DNA of 61,472 bases. It comes from Chiloscyllium plagiosum (lineage: Eukaryota). This document shows, piece by piece, positions 60,430-61,472 of the stretch. Each line of letters begins with the position of its first letter. The stretch's first letter is position 1. The DNA is taken from NCBI RefSeq assembly GCF_004010195.1, contig NC_057718.1:53491413-53552884 (forward strand), written 5' to 3'. Under the pieces are notes generated by a model, which saw nothing but the letters and a program-made list of their open reading frames with translations, was not told where the DNA came from and did no database searches. The translations under genes and the position numbers were made by a program.

Positions 60430-61472
60430 TGCACGACGTCTCCAGCACCCCTGCAGACGGAGCGCAGCGTAGATACACCTGGTCACGGGCAGACGGTTCT
60501 ATCCGCTCAAGGATAGATTACCTGTTTGTGTCCCGAACGCTCTCGGTCAGATCCACTGACGTCAAGCCCGGTGTTCTTCTCTGACCACTGCCTCCTGCTG
60601 GCCGACTGTCACCTACAGGACGAGCAGCGGGCTGGTAAGGGAACGTGGAAGCTGAACACAAAGCTGTTGACCCCGGGAAACATTGAGGAGCTCAAGAGGG
60701 ACTACGCAGGTTGGAGAACCGTGAAGCCCCTCTTTGAGTCCCCAGCAGACTGGTGAGAAACAGTAAAAGGGAACATCAAGGGGTTCTTCATCCTCAAAGG
60801 TGTTCAGGAGGCGAGAGAGAGGCGGGGAAAACTGTCCCAGCTCCAGGAAAGTATGCAGAACTGCTCCTGCTTGCAGACGACGGGGGACGAAGTCACGGAG
60901 GACCTCCAGGAGGTAAAGGGCCAGCAAGCCTCGCTCTTTGCCTCGGAGGCCTCCAAGATAACCTTCCAGTCCAGGGTCCGCTCGGTGGAGCAGGACAAGA
61001 CATGATCACGTTTCTTCTTCCAGAAGGTGCACAAAGAGAGCTCCGTGCTCAGCAGCCTGAAGGAAGAAGATGGCTCAATAACGTCATCTCAGGCTGACAT
61101 CATGAGGATCAGTAAATCCTTCTATACCAGTCTGTATGACGCGAAGCCGACCGACAGCGCGGCCTCCCAGTCGTTCCTGTCCTCTATCACGGAGGTCTTA
61201 GACGACAGAACACGCGAGAGGCTGGACCAGCCGCTATCTCTGGACGAGCTGACCAAGGCCCTCGAGTCCTTCGAAAAGAATAAAACTCCCGGAAGCAACG
61301 GCTTACCGATCGAGCTCTATTCCGCTCTGTGGGACTTGATTGGCCAGGACCTGCTGGAGGTGTATGTCAGTATGCTTCGGGCAGGTACCATGAGTGAATC
61401 CATGAGGAAAGGCATCATCACCCTCATCTACAAGCGGAAGGGGGAGAGGGAGAAACTCAAAAATTGGAGACC
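60430..61472 (+). mobile_element. Tx1/L1-type LINE ORF2 (APE end to RT start), 5'-truncated, disabled, runs off the window
   Basis: YTWS..SRIDYLFVS, FSDH, GTWKLN, NKTPGSNGLPIELY and LIYKRKG...KNWR. Frameshift near 60570 and stops at 60754 and about 61003. GC- and CpG-rich. Confidence 0.9.

Noticed and set aside
1..61472. Short ORFs of the six-frame track as host genes
   Set aside because: Recognisable ones are TE-derived (CR1, PLE, Gypsy, Tx1, SINE readings). The rest show no family motif or coherent exon chain.

Overview
This is eukaryotic, repeat-rich, non-genic DNA, almost certainly from a shark or other elasmobranch, since it carries HE1-type V-SINEs with (TCTAA)n tails and their CR1/HER1-type partner LINEs. 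I recognise no host protein-coding exon: the ORFs I could assign to a family are all transposon debris, and the rest are short and unassignable. The window holds many CR1 LINE fragments (one near full length with an esterase ORF1), a disabled young Tx1-type LINE, an old Ingi/Vingi-like LINE, a Gmr1-type Gypsy element nested in an apparently single-ORF LINE with a tRNA-like head, Tc1/mariner MITEs and one orphan 5S rRNA copy. The most notable pattern is about 18 Penelope-like (PLE) pieces from several families. Many are 90-600 bp fold-back insertions carrying minimal hammerhead ribozyme motifs, flanked by direct duplications of mostly 12-16 bp but also 32 and 59 bp. A full HE1 SINE fused to a full 5S rRNA sits inside a 168-bp direct duplication. 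All calls were made by eye, and the boundaries of degenerate elements are approximate.
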